A DNA stretch of 63,999 bases, filler included, from Sphacelaria rigidula (lineage: Eukaryota), in assembly GCA_964200075.2 (NCBI GenBank). It is 5 parts of 5 records of this genome, joined end to end, with 100 filler letters (N's around TTAATTAATTAA, not from the genome) between each part and the next. Parts side by side here need not be neighbours in the genome. Positions count along the whole stretch, not along the records: positions 12,846 to 25,588 come from CAXNAA020003453.1; positions 25,689 to 38,431 come from CAXNAA020003454.1; 3 more parts are not named here. One strand, 5' to 3'. Shown here piece after piece: positions 12,846 to 26,329 of this stretch. Each line of letters starts with the position of its first letter. Position 1 is the stretch's first letter. Below the pieces are notes generated by a model. That model worked only from the letters and a program-made list of their open reading frames with translations, ran no database searches and had not been told where the DNA came from. A program made the position numbers and the translations under genes.

Positions 12846-12966
12846 GGATGCCCTTGTCCCCTGGTCATCATCCAGGATCCACTATATACTCAACCGTGAC
12901 GGCGTGATTTCGCCACAGGGGACAAAACGAGGTAAATGAAGACTTGGCATAGACAACAGAACATAC

Positions 12967-15900
12967 CACTGCATCGGAGATCCCATCCATCACGATTATC
13001 GCGTCGACGTCGGTGTTCCCCGCGGCCCCTGCGTCCAGTAGGATGTCCGTGGTGTAAGGTGCGTCATCGTCAGTGAACCTACAATATTCAGAACAGAAAG
13101 ATGGCATGATGGAGAGAGGAGGCCGAGTTTGAGAGAGAGAAAGAGAGAGGTGCACATAAGTTCGCGGTGCTCAGCTGTCGAGACAAGTGAGGGCATAGGC
13201 GTCACATCGATAGGGCGAGCACGTACCATCGCTCCCCCAAATGAGTCATGGTCGAAGGCTGACCAATCGCTCGTAGAGAGAAGGGGGCACAGAAGGGAAG
13301 CGGTGGGAGGGGGGGGGGGGCTCCAGCAGCGCAGCAGTGAACGTGGCTGAAAACATAGGCAAAATATGGCTCGGCAATACCGCCAGAGTTCATTTGGCTG
13401 TTTCAACACCTCTGGGTTCAGGAAACGTTGCTGTACTTTCGTGGGATCCAAGCAATGCCAAGCATAGCCTCCCGCATATGCACTTCAGCATGGTCAAGGA
13501 CGTCGCAATACTCGAAATATATTTGGAAAAAAATATGACAGTGTAGTTTATCGCGAGTTCTCTGCTGCTATCTGGCATGTTTCAGTCTGCAAGCCGCAGT
13601 GCCCGAAGTGTTTTCTTCCAGCTTTTCAGCGTCATCATCTCGCGAACGACGACGAGTGAAAATCGCGTACAACTACGTCTTGTGTACACTGTGCGCCGTC
13701 TTCCAGAACCTTTGTTTGAAAGAGGCTCATATTGTTTCCTTGTCCGGTCGTCCTGGTGACTCAGTTGGTCACCTCACAACCTTTTGACGGTTGGGTCGTG
13801 GGCTCCCATCTCGGAGCGATGCGGAATTTTTCATCACGCAATGCCCAACAGTGGAGAGCGACTATGTCGTGGGTACACAGCATTCGACTCAATGATCGAC
13901 GAGGGAAAGGGACCACTGAACCCCTCTCGCGATAAAAAAATAAATGCAAGCACCGCCAAAGTAAAGTGGAAAACCAAAACAAACAAGAAAAAAACTCCTG
14001 CGTTGGCCTTCCTCCTGTGTGACCCCAGCTGGTACGCCCACATATACCGGAAGGTGTAGACCGGCGTCCAGAATAGTAGGACGACAACACACGAAACACA
14101 CCCGTAGCAAAATAAGTACAGTGCAATGATAGGACCCGAAACTACCGCCGTGGCGTTTTTGAGTGCTACTTGTGATGCACTTGCTCTGCCCGCCCCATGC
14201 ACTCGGGTGACACCTAAGCCTAGCGTCGATCGCCAGAGAGCCCTGGATCCCCCCACCTTTACACTGACATTGGCTACTCACTCCCTGTATATACATTCAG
14301 GTATCTCTCACAAAAACGAAACAATAACCGCACTGTTCTTGTCATCCAACAAAACCAAAACACGGCAAAGACACAAAACACAAGAGAAACCCAATCGTTT
14401 TTGTTGTGGTCCGTCATGCCCCTTGTGAGGTGAACCGCACTGGCTTTCGGATTTTCATGAACGGTCAAGGGTAGCGATGGAAACGAGGGCGAAACTTGTT
14501 GTGAGAGATGAGTTTCCCCCGTCAGCAATGTAGATCACTTTCATGTCTGTCTTTTGTATGTGTCATCATCTTGCCTGCCGTCGAGAACCACGCCCGACTT
14601 CATGAAAATGTTGTAATCAACCAGGAAGTCTCCTAGCGGCAGACGAACCTGGACGACAACAGCATACACAGCGCGCGACGATCCGCAACACCAAACATTA
14701 ACTCCGGAACAAAGCAACGACATCACAACAGAAAAATGACAAGAATGCTCCATGAACGCCTTCCGTAGAAACGGCCATATTCCTACGACGCTGGGCGGGC
14801 GGTCGGGGGGGGGGGGGGGGGGGGGGTGGGGGGGAAAGAAAAGAACCCGCCCCACTCAAATTGGGTTGGGATGGGGGGGGAAAATGTGTGTTGTGTCCAC
14901 ACCACGAGACTTGAAGCGAGACTCGCGGCCTGCATCGACGCCTCAAAGTGGTTTCTTTGTTCAACTGAAAGTGCATCGAAACATCCTGTCTCCTATCGTG
15001 GGACGAAAGTAGAGCCTATTTTCGAGAATACTGTCCACGCTTGTACTGTTCATCTCACTTCCCCCAACAAAAACGGGCGATGACGCACGCAAGGGCAAAA
15101 CACCATTAGGAACAAAATGCTATAAGCAACAAATCACCCCTTTGAAGCAAGGCAGCTAGCTCACCGTGCCGGTAGCGTCGGGATCTTCCCCTACGCAATC
15201 CACGCCGTCAAACGACGCCTTTTTCACCGCGCAGATAGCAGACATGATGGCCTTCTGGTCGCTCTTACCCTCCGCCACGAAGTCGGGATACCTGTCGCTG
15301 TACCATCTCGTGATGAACGTCGAGCCCACCTGGTTACCATCCAATAAATACGCATGAGCAGTCCGGAATGATGTTATACATAGCACAGTACAGTACCCCG
15401 TGGTGATCGCATGGACTTTACCGCCACTACCGACAAATCAGCATTAGAAGGTTGTACTACATCAAGCCATTGCTTGGTCAGCTCGTCTATGCGTGCTTGC
15501 CGGGTTCTTCCTTCGCTGGTATACATGTTGCTTCCGTTGTGCAATAAATACATCAGTCTATGTGGGGTCAACTGTGATTCTGTGTAGGTTCACCGGCCAG
15601 CGAGGAGGCCTCAGAGGAGCTCGGTGTCGAGCACCACTTTTGCAGTGAAGTCAAAAGGGTAACTTCGGGGGACGCCATATTTCCTCGAACCTCAATATCA
15701 CAAACTCACGTAGTACACGTCGCTGGGATTTTCGATGGGAGCTCCGATGATCCTGGCGTCCAGCATGCTCCACCCCGCTGCCCCGGACCCTGTGCCCTTC
15801 ATGACGATGTTCACCATTGTCGCGTACTGGTCGCCCAATTCTGCCGAGACGTCGAAAGACTGCCATCCAGCGATGTTGGTGCTCTCCAGGCCCTGCTTTG

Positions 15901-18900
15901 CCCCGCCCGCCCCGTAGTGTACATGCATATAACGCGCGCGTTTAAGGATTCAGGGGGAAAAACAGTAGGAAATTTGGGCAATACACAGAATGAATATTTA
16001 GGTGGGCAAGTGATACAGGACGACGACCACGCCATTTGATTGTACAGGCTCCTTTAGGGTGAGCGCAGAAAAACTATTTCCCGCTAGATACAGAACACAA
16101 AACTGACCCGATAGAAACATATTCACGATCATAGTGACCCCCGCGAGGAAACTAACAGTGTGACATGGCCACATTTGTTTTGTGTCTTTTGCCGTGTCGT
16201 TGGTAGTGAAGATGTCTCTCGACCAATCAGGGGCCCTCAAAATGTTCTGAAATTAAAAATGCCAATTCCCGAAACAGTTTGTACCCAATCTCATCACGAA
16301 TCAACCCTTGGTGACCGCCATCAGGTACAGAGACGAGACCGGTTTGTGTGGGATCGAGTTATACCATAAAACGTGGTATTTCGGTATTTTGGGGGTTTTG
16401 GCGTCGTCGGATTCCACTGATGCTATGCATTGAAGACCCAGTAAACCTCTTGACGTCTTCCCTGGTAACTTTCGTAGAAAAGCTCCGATCACAGTTAAAC
16501 TTGGCACGTCGGCAGGTATGGGTGCTACGAATGGAACATAATCATTGAAGAGTACTACAAAGGTTATCTTGTCTCCACCGGCTTCTGGGGCTCCCAGTGT
16601 GAAGACCCCCAGGAGCCGGTACAGATTGCCGGTCGCTCCCCCCGAACCAGCCTGTAGGGAGTAAGGGCGGGGTTGTTTCGCTTTTTCTTGCGCGTTTTCC
16701 CAGCTTTTGTTCTATACTTACTGTGCACTAGCTGTCTCGATCATGGTTCAGGTACGGAGAAAAACCTAATTGCTGCGCGAGCATGCGCACCGTCGTGCTG
16801 TGCCATCCTAGTGCACCACCCCAACTCCATCGTACATTGCAACGAGGGTGACGCAGCACATGCCCAAATTCACAAAAAAAAGTTTCCAATAGATTACGCA
16901 ACTGCTGTGCCTCTGAGATACGATAGACAAATCACCAACCGGCGGTTACTTTCTGCCAATGGGGTACGACTCTCTCACCAGGACCTGCCGAAAACCCGTG
17001 AAATTACGGAACCAGATATAGAGTTGCTGATTTTTTATATGGGTGTCATTGATGACGTACGTGCCTCCTGAAGACAAATGTCTTTCGACAACTATACGGT
17101 GAGACTCTGCCCCCACCCCCCCCTCCCCACCACAGAGACTGGTTATGTGACTCTATTAGTAGTAGGAACGGTGCTAGGTCTCCGAAGGGATGCGTGGTTA
17201 ATGGCCAAATGAACGAAGGCAAGCAACAGATGAGTACGCCCCCCTCCTTCCCCCCGAATCAAGAGAAGCGCCTTCTTTTTTCTTGCGACACCACCTCGTC
17301 CGAAGGAACCCTCCCTGCCCTTTCCCCCGCTTCCCTGTGGTTTATCATCTCATTGCTATCTACCCCTCTATTCTGTGGAATACGACATCAATTTTTCCTC
17401 ACGTACCAGGATGGTAAGGAAGGGTTCGCCGCTAATACCGATGGTCGGCTGTTGGCCATTATCCACGAAGAATTGGAGCTCGAACGTGTACGTTTCACCG
17501 ACGGGGAACTGGAGTTCCACGGCCGTTATGGTGGCGTACGAGTCCAGGATGAAGGTGAGGTCGCGGTCCAAGGCCTCGTCGGAGTCCGATGACCACTCGA
17601 ATTTGTCCGTCGTCGCCACCTGATATGCATACATGAAAGAAAGAGAAGAATACACTCTTATCCACCACAAATTATATGCGACGGGGAAGCAACAACGCCA
17701 ACCCTGGCAACAATGACCTACCAACAACCAGAAAGCTTGTTCGGGGGTGGTCGTCGGCCGATATGACTCGCCATGGAGAATGGCCAGAGAGCAACACGCG
17801 CGGAAACGGCGTGTCACCTGATGTCGCTATACGCTGTTCGTCCTTGCTCACTGTTGAGATGGCATTAGTTGCATATCTAGTACGTTTTGGGCGTTCATCA
17901 CTTGATCTTGGCACAGAACAGCAACGCTAGATCACCGTTGCCATTCGTGATGACAGGGGTAGGTCAGCCCACAGGTAAAACGCACCCGAAGAATGAACAA
18001 GCACGGTGTACACCCGCTCCATCCACGATATTAATTGCACACGACTATCACTGCCTGGTCGATGGAGCTGGTGTATAGCTGTCATGCATAACCACATGTC
18101 ACGCCAAGCCCTACTATATTGCCGTTTGCATGGGAGGTAGCAGCCTTATGCTACACAAGTAGCAGCTGCGGCAGCAGCAGCAGCACCGACTACATGTCCA
18201 CGAGAACCCAGCTAGCAATCCACAATTCCTCTGGTCAGACCGGAGATCGAAGATCTCGGACAGGTACCGATCTGCGGTCCTGAAAAGGCAATACGGTAGA
18301 CGCCTTCGAACCTCGTGACACATGTGCAAAAGAGTGATGTATTCGTTTTCCGCCAAGGTTTGCCGAGACGGGAGGGAGAACACACGGAGATTCGGGCACC
18401 GCAGCAGGATGCTGAGGGGGGTGAGGGGACGTTCAAACCCTTCCGGCAAAGATGGGCGTACCCCATAGTGTCGCTGTCCGTGTGATGGCGTGTCATCGTC
18501 CGGGCAACATAACGTGGGGTGCTCTAGTGTGCTGCACGGTGTTGTGCTGTGTGTTATAACTAGTAGGTGGGGGTAACGAGATGGAAAAACGAAGAGAGTC
18601 CCAAATGGCCTCAAATTTCGGGGACAATACTACATGGAACGAGATACACTTGGCTGGCTGATGAAAACGTGTGTAGATGTATACGACAACCCGGCTTGAC
18701 AGACGGCTGTTCCTGTATTTTGGTTGCTAAATGATGAATTCATGAACACATAAAGCGGCAAGAAAAGTCTCTTTCCGAAAATACAAAGCAACGACGGAAC
18801 AAGATTAGAAATTCATGCACGGCAATACGTAGTATATTCTGAAGAAAAATGTCGATGTTAGTTGTGATTGATTACAGCACAGAAAGATTTGTCCCATAAG

Positions 18901-21900
18901 GTGCAATCATCATAATTCCACGTCATCAGGCCGTCAAGTACTTTCGCTATGTAAATGACGACGTACTAGATGTGCTGAAATACACTTGTTTGAAAAAAGC
19001 ACACACACACTGAGACGTGGACGGAGAACACGCCAACCTACATTCCACGGACTGCCGGAATTCGCGTAGGGGGTGGTGAATTCGCTGACGGAGACCACGC
19101 CGGGCTGCAGCTCTTCCACGAATTCCACCTGCACACGTCGAGAAACCGGGAACATGCGTAGAGACATGAGTAGGGTATGCCAGAAGGGGGGGGGGGGGGG
19201 TCGTATTGACTGCAAAGTACATTGTGCAGGTGCACGGACCTGCAAATATCCAGCCATCAGATCAAAAATGACAATGAGTCGTTGTGGAACATGTTCTTCC
19301 GCATTTCAGGATCAGAACGGAAGGAAGGAAACCCGGTAATGGTATAAATTGCCCACTGAAAAAAACTTCAGCATCGACTTCTCAGCGTCAGAGCCCTGTT
19401 TGCAGCATTCCACACTGAAATCCGATGTGCTTGTTCAGGCTTCAGTACGCAACGAAGAGAAACCCCGACCACCTCCTTCACCACAGTCGCAGCCAGTTCA
19501 CCATCAATATACGCTACTAATAAGCAAAGGGGACATCCATCCGAACTGCCATGCTTATCACAAAGGACCAGTCACGCAGTAGCAACACTTGGCATCGCAA
19601 AACAGAGGGCCTCCCTGCCGCCGCCATGGTATCAGCTTTCGCTTGCTCGTGTTGCGTGAAACTTAAATGCTCGGCGTTTACAAGAAGTTGCCTTGGGTAC
19701 AGCCCCTACCCCTTGCCAGTCTCAGCCGGAAAAAGATGGTGTGACGATTCGTGATCTAGAAGTGCACGCAAGCAGTGCTGCACGTGGCTGCACCGCATTT
19801 CCGTCACAGATCATGACGTCTTGCACCACCGTTATGGTGCCACGTTGCAATGCCATTGCAAAATGACAGACAAAGCCATTGTGCGACTTTGTCTGTCATT
19901 TTGGAAGTGCAGTGAAGCGGTGCCAGTGCAGTGAAGGGTAGTCGACGGTACGGTACGGTACGGTACGGTGCCGCATGGTACGACACAACACAGAATCGCT
20001 GTGCTGACCTACGCATTTTCGAACCGAACATCTCGATCGCGCATTTGTGGAACGTGCGGCCAATCACGGCAAAAAAAAAAAAACTCGTCAAGCCACGTTA
20101 GATCAGCTTCCGTTCTGAATGTTTCAGCGTCCACACTGAAGTTTCATAAGCTTCCACTCTGAAATTCTCCCTCGCTGATTCTGAAACGAATTTGGATTTC
20201 TCTCCGAAACTCTCTAATGCGTCCTATTTTTCTATTTTACTGGACATGTAATCAGCCTACAGTGCAGTGCAATGCATTACAGTACAGTTCAAGATGAAAA
20301 GTAGCACTCACCTCCGAGATGGCGAATGCCTGATCCTCGGTAGTGAAGACCGGCGATATCTCAATGCGGGATGTGAAGTAGTCCACGTCGTACGTCTCCA
20401 ACGCATCGCCGGTCCCCGGGCTCGCGACAAACTCGGAAAACTGCGGTTTTTGGTTATTCCGATTATTGGTTTTCAATGGTGTACATACATATCGGAAGGG
20501 GTGGCCACGAACAGCGCGGGATAGGAGCATCACAAGGGAGGGAGAAAATTGGTCAAGAGAACACGAACGAGCGCGTGCACGGTAGTGTGCTATATAGTCG
20601 AACAGACAAGTGCTTCCGCTTCTCTCTCTCGCTCCATCTTTTGGACATACTTTGATCGCGTCAATGCAAAACACATGGCGACCGAGAGCATACGCGAGCG
20701 GCAAGAAACAACAGCACGCCGCGAGCGCGGTACACAAGCTACTGTACAATGCCAATACTGTGCGGATGCATGTGTGTACGTGTGATTTTTCCGCCTCCTC
20801 TTGTTAACTTGTTGAAAATTCCGGCAGTTGTTGAGGTTTCACGAGCATCGCACGCGTGACAGCTTTGGGGGCGCGGTGAGCAGGCAGGCCGGCAGATAGA
20901 CAGGTATTGAAGCGTGGAAGTAACGGCGGCGAGGCGGAATGGGACCAGCGAGGCGACAACAGAGTCTGCGAGGCGACATGATGATGGCCCCACGATTTCC
21001 TCCGAGCAGAAGAAGCACGCGGTGACTAACCGACTGACGGAAGAGAGTGCGCCAACAGGGGGACTACACAGTACTGGACAACGTGTCAACGTAGCGATCT
21101 TGGTAACGCCCGCACTGAACGGTACATGGGAACATGGGAAGGCGTATACGGCACGATAACAACCACAGCGCGCGCGCGCGTGTGTGTGTGTGTGAAGTTG
21201 GGTGATATCTGGAAACCATTGAAAACGTAAAATTGTTCTTAGAAGATAACGAACGACCAGCAACGTGTCTTTGGGAATTGCGAACCGACTCATCAAACAA
21301 GAGTAGCGTTGAGGTAGAAAATATCTGCAAAAATCAGCTAATTAGAAAAAAAGAAAAGCATACGAAAAGTGGGAGAAGACAAGATGACGGCTCCGAGGAA
21401 TCGTGGCAGTAGTGCAGACAGCAGAATGATCACTGCAGCAGCCTTGAAGGGAAAATGTGATAAATAAGAACAATAACGACATGTATTCCGAGGTGAAGGG
21501 GTACTCCCAATAACTGCCTATCGTTCACGGGGATAGAGTGTGGTTGCATATTCTAAATCCTATGATCATACCTTGAAATTCTCAGACCCGCCGTTGATGT
21601 TGGGCTTCCAGGCTGCGATTCGAAGCTCCGCGGAGCCCGATGCAGCTACGCCATTTCGTTACACGTCACGCAATTCGATTTCGATCAGTCACGCATGAAA
21701 AAGGTACAGACAAGAAAAGGAGTGCACGGGTGGGAGCAATCAAGGCTAGCGGCGGTGTGTACTGCAGGCCTAGCTAGGGTGCGGAGAAGCGACGGTTTTT
21801 CACACGACCACGACGAGGGGGTTCATAGCTTGGATGCCGTTGCGCAAAAGACGCGATGGTGTGTGACACTCCTACCGGGTGGGTAGGCACCACAACTCCA

Positions 21901-24772
21901 AAAACAGAACCCATGTTATTCGCTGCACGCTGTGAAAAAGGATACGGGGAATGAATACGAGTAGTCGACTTAGTTTACTCCACGCTGCGAGAAACACTAT
22001 TTACAGGTGCAGCTGGCTACCATAGTACGTGTTTGTGGCGGTACCGCCCACGTGCTGTAACCAGCACTAAATTGTCGAGTGGCGATATCGATTGAGATCA
22101 GGATGGAACATCGCCTGCCCTCGAACTGTAGCCCACAGCCAAGGCATTCAGCAAACATGTCCACGATAAATTGTCAAACACGGGGAGGCTATGTGCCTTT
22201 GTAATGAGCTTGACAAGAGGTGCGACCATACTGTACCATCCTGGGACTAGCCAGTAGCACAAACCAGCACCAGCTTGATTGAGCATGCTATTTTTTCTGG
22301 ACAATCCTCTTCTTCACGCACAGTGTAAATAAACGTTGCAGTACACATATATACTCAGGGATCAACTATATGTACTATTGTCGATTTCTGGATGATAACT
22401 TGACGATGTCAACATATAGCTCTACTTCTGCTCCAAGAGGGGGAGGGAAACAATCGAACGACATCCGAAATTATCCACCCACCAACCAACCCCGGCGATA
22501 CTGTAGGTTTCTCACCGATCTTGATCTGCTTGATATGACGGAACGAGAACAAGTCGAAGCTTAGCGTGCACTGGTAGAAGTTGTTCGTGGGTGGGTTGCC
22601 GGTGCAAGTCCAGGAGGTGTCCAGATCCCCGTCCTTGATTCGTATTTATTCGTTCGAAGCATCGAGAAAATGACCAGACGCGTCAGAGAAAAGCATAGGT
22701 AATGTTTAGTCAGGGATATAGAGCAGGCGCCAGAATGGATTTGATATAGTGCTGGTGTGTGTACAGACCGATGCGCATCACCTAAAAAACCGAGCATCAT
22801 CTCCCAAAACTCATATGTACAACCCCACTACGACCGGGAAAACACACAAAAAAACAAGGAAGAAGCTAAATGTGACACACGCACACACACATGTCCACAA
22901 TATATCCACGCGCCCCCGGTCGCGTGATCCCCCCACCTTTGCATAAAAATCTTGCCCGCTCCCGGGTCCTTCGGCCATTGGAATAAGACCAACAGGTTGC
23001 AGATCAGCATCAGTAGACGTGGAGGTCTCCGTGACGACGGGGGGAAGGGTAGCCATGGTCGAGGATGTCGAAGGTGCCGGAGTAGAGATAACGCCGTCCG
23101 CGACCACCATGATCTCCGTCTGCTCAAGAGGAATAAAATTCAAGACGAAAGAGCAGTCACACGAAGACGAACAGCACCAAGAGAAACAGGAGTCAACAGA
23201 CGGAGACATACAGGCCGCTAGGTAGGAAGTCATATATTTTTTACTTCCTTGTCTTCATGTTTATCGGGCGATGCGTATGTGTGTGTGTGTGTCCGCGCGG
23301 GAGCGTGCAAGCGTGATTCAGCATATTTCTAGAGCAGCGGGAAGGAGGGCATATTCCGCATCGAACACAATAAACTATTACTTACTTCCGTGTGTGATCG
23401 ATCGGGAAAACCTTGCGGGTTTGTATTTATGATCTTCCCTGCCGTAGTCAGAAGGCCATTAATCATGCAGCCCTCCGAGGCCGGCACGAAGCACGACGGG
23501 TTTTGGCCGGACCATCGAGGGGGGGGGGGGGGGGGGGGCGGTCCTATTTTTTTTTTCCCTTTGTTGTTTTTCCCTTTCCCCCCCCTCCCGGCTGAGGCGG
23601 GGCCCCCCCGGGGGGGNNNNNNNNNNGTACTCATTTGTTGCTTGCCTTAGTCGTTTGACCATTTACCACGCATCGCTGTCGAGACGGAGCCCCATCGAAG
23701 GGGGGGGAGGCGAAGCCGAGACTGGGTTTCCCGAATATGTGTTTTGTACCGTGTACTGTACCTATCATCCTCGCCCCGTCTGTTTCACAGTTAAAGAGAC
23801 ATGTGGGGGGTGTACGCATGATGCTGCCTGCCGTGGTCATGTGAACGTCGACCTCGCATCCCTACAGGCTGGAAACGAACACGCCGGGTTTCCGCCGGAC
23901 AAGACTCGTAATCAATCACCAAGCGCGGAGCAATATGAGGGAGGGGGGGAGGCGGGGGAGGTACTCATTTGTCGGTTGCCTTAGTCGTTCGACCATTGAC
24001 CACGTCCCTTTTGAGACGGAGCACAGACGGGGGGAGGGATAGGGGAGCGTTCATGCTCCGTTCGTCATGCATCCCCATGGGGAAGGCACCTTAGAGACAA
24101 GGAATAAGCATAGGTTGCAGCAAAATGACCATCCATTTTCACTGAAATCCTACTCCTACTCTCGTAAAAAAACAGGATTCCGCAACGTTTCCGCAACGCT
24201 CAGCACCATCTCTACCCAAGCGAATCCTCCGCGTGTACGAGTAGCACCTATCGCAGGCGTACGTCCATGCACATTCATGGTTTACGAGAGCCAGACAGTA
24301 TACGAGTAGTGCATTCCTCACCACTGCAGGGTGCTTGCACGGGGGGGATGAAAATATCGCTCTTTTCTCGAGTCCGACTAGCACATATACGGGGTTGGTT
24401 GCAGTTCATTTGAGTGTTCCGGGAGGAGGGGCAAGGGGGGAGGGGAGGGGGCAAGTACGGTCCAAGTTCCATCCCCATGTCACGTGAACGACCGCACTGG
24501 TCCCCTGTGTATGATGTCGGGACCTTCCACCACCGCCTGCACACAATTTTCGATATTTCGCATCATATGGAACACCAGCACACGAACCTCGACGATACTG
24601 ATCCACTCGGTCGACGCCAACACCCCGACCAATTCGATCGACTTTCCGGACAACCCAGACATGTCGATGATCTCGAAGTCGTCCGTAGTGCCTGAACTCG
24701 TCCACTCGGTGGCCAATACCCCGTCCACGACCACCTCCAACGTTCTCGTCCTCGTCGCACCCTTGTATAGCG
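12967..24772 (-). CDS. Large multidomain protein (partial, ~507 aa seen): F5/8-type-C-like beta-sandwich repeats, S/T/P linker, then N-terminus of a pectate-lyase-3-like right-handed beta-helix
   Basis: Eleven exons join in one open frame: 24772-24588, 23119-22937, 22633-22516, 21645-21572, 20440-20312, 19128-19042, 17619-17407, 15892-15710, 15329-15165, 14648-14575 (GC donor) and 13078-12967. Motifs include YKGATRTRTLEVVVDG..WTSSGTTDDFE..EWISIVETEI, DGDLDTSWTC and SDQKAIMSAI..GTVRLPLGDFLVDYNIFMKSGVVLDG. Both ends run off the contig. Domain names are from motif resemblance only. Confidence 0.85.
13745..13945 (+). mobile_element. Putative tRNA-derived SINE
   Basis: A-box-like GGTGACTCAGTTGGT, degenerate B-box-like GGGTCGTGGGCTCCCATCTC and an A-rich 3' end (cccctctcgcgataaaaaaa). 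The 3' end recurs at ~35430-35470. Confidence 0.5.
14002..14075 (+). repeat. Dispersed repeat, second copy at ~35950-36025
   Basis: gttggccttcctcctgtgtgacccc...ccggaaggtgtagaccggcgtcca occurs in two different contigs. Confidence 0.75.
16043..16658. mobile_element. Possible MITE with imperfect TIRs
   Basis: TACAGGCTcctttagggtgagcg at the left end versus the reverse complement TACAGGCTggttcggggggagcg at the right end. Internal hairpin ccggcttctgggg/ccccaggagccgg near 16577-16619. Confidence 0.4.
17150..17255 (+). mobile_element. LINE 3'-end fragment (family 1) between C-tracts
   Basis: aggaacggtgc...agggatgcgtggttaatggccaaatg...atgagtacgccccc, with a C-rich tract also upstream at 17110-17130. 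Confidence 0.8.
23420..24045 (-). mobile_element. Chain of four co-oriented LINE 3'-end fragments separated by G-tracts
   Basis: 23420-23520 (WSGQNPSCFVPASEGCMING), 23627-23692 (family 1), 23804-23930 (family 2) and 23940-24022 (family 1), with G-runs on the + strand between them. Confidence 0.8.
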
Positions 24773-25588
24773 CTGGAAAACGACAAAGCATCAAGGGACA
24801 TTGAATCGTGCGCGTTTACCGCAGGGTTACTATGGAGAACTACATCGCCTGGGGCAGTAGAGAAGCACACACACGCATACACATACACACACAACCTCGA
24901 TTTTGCTCTACAGACACGCCTCCGCGCTGCTGTGTACGATCTCGCTTGCTGAAATATTCTGACGAGACGCGTCAAACGACACCTATCAGGGGCGTGGTCA
25001 CCGCTGTTGAGAAGAAAGTCGAAGTCAGACTGTACGTTGTACCCCCGAGCAAAAACACTCCTCCCATCGTTATTATCATAATTAATGCTTTTTGATCAGT
25101 GGCAGACTGAGAACTGTTGTTCGGGGATTTCACGGACATCGAGTTCTGTGGATACCCGTTTTAAATGGAAGAAGAGACCTCATACTTCGAAGTGAAAGTA
25201 ATGTACGCAAACACACAACTGGCTGGGAAAAGCATTCCAGACAACGAAACAAACAGTTGTTCCTAGTTTGGAGGGGGCACTTTCCTGAGATTCCCTGGGT
25301 TCCGTACACCCCGCCCGGTAGTCGTGGACACTTCATACTCGTGCTGTTGTCGTCGTCTCTTCAAGCGTGCTTTTGTTTCAGCAATGGAGTGTGAAAAAGG
25401 GGCAAGGCGGTCTTCGACTACGTAGACCTCATCATGCGCATGAGAGCGAAACGAGAGCTTGGCTTGACGCAGTTCGGAGGTACTGCTTTTGTCCATCGTT
25501 GTTCACGGTACATACCCAAGCGCAGCTCCGAGATCTCCCGCACAGCTCCCAAGTCGTACGAAATGCTGCAGGTACCTCCAAGGCTCGG

Positions 25589-25688
25589 NNNNNNNNNNNN
25601 NNNNNNNNNNNNNNNNNNNNNNNNNNNNNNNNTTAATTAATTAANNNNNNNNNNNNNNNNNNNNNNNNNNNNNNNNNNNNNNNNNNNN
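25589..25688. other. Artificial contig spacer
   Basis: N44-TTAATTAATTAA-N44. Confidence 0.97.
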
Positions 25689-26246
25689 AAAAAAAAAAAA
25701 AAAAGAACAAAAAAAAAAAAAGAGGGGTCGAACAGAACGACATAGCAGACTAAGTCGTGACAAAAAAAAAGTAATAAAAAAGTCACCAGAAGCAAAAGCA
25801 CAGAAAAAAATGGCCGACCTAAAACATGAAAAAAGGAAAAGAAGAGAAATGTACAAAGCAAATAAAATAAAGTACAATGAAACGATGGGAAAAAAAAAAA
25901 AAGGGAACAATGCTGTGAATATCGCACAAAACGCAGAATAGTACCCGGGGTCCAAACACCCACGCTTTTTTTTTTCCGTATCTTTACATCAATATTCTGT
26001 CTACTCACTTCATGAGCTCGATAGCACCTGCCCGTACGCTGTTATTAGCCAAATCTGACGGTCAGCACTGGGACACCAAGCCGAGACATGAGCAGCGTGC
26101 AGTAGATCGTGTTCAATGAAGAGCGATGGCACGCTCACCGGTTCTTGTCGTTTTATACAGCGGATAAATACAACATACATACTGTCTGTTAGCACTTGAC
26201 TGCAGCGTACAGAGCAGTCAGAGACACTTCTCTACATAATACATGA

Positions 26247-26290
<44 letters not shown>

Positions 26291-26329
26291 CCAAAATCCC
26301 CTTCTTCATGAAAAAGGCGTAAAATGCTG

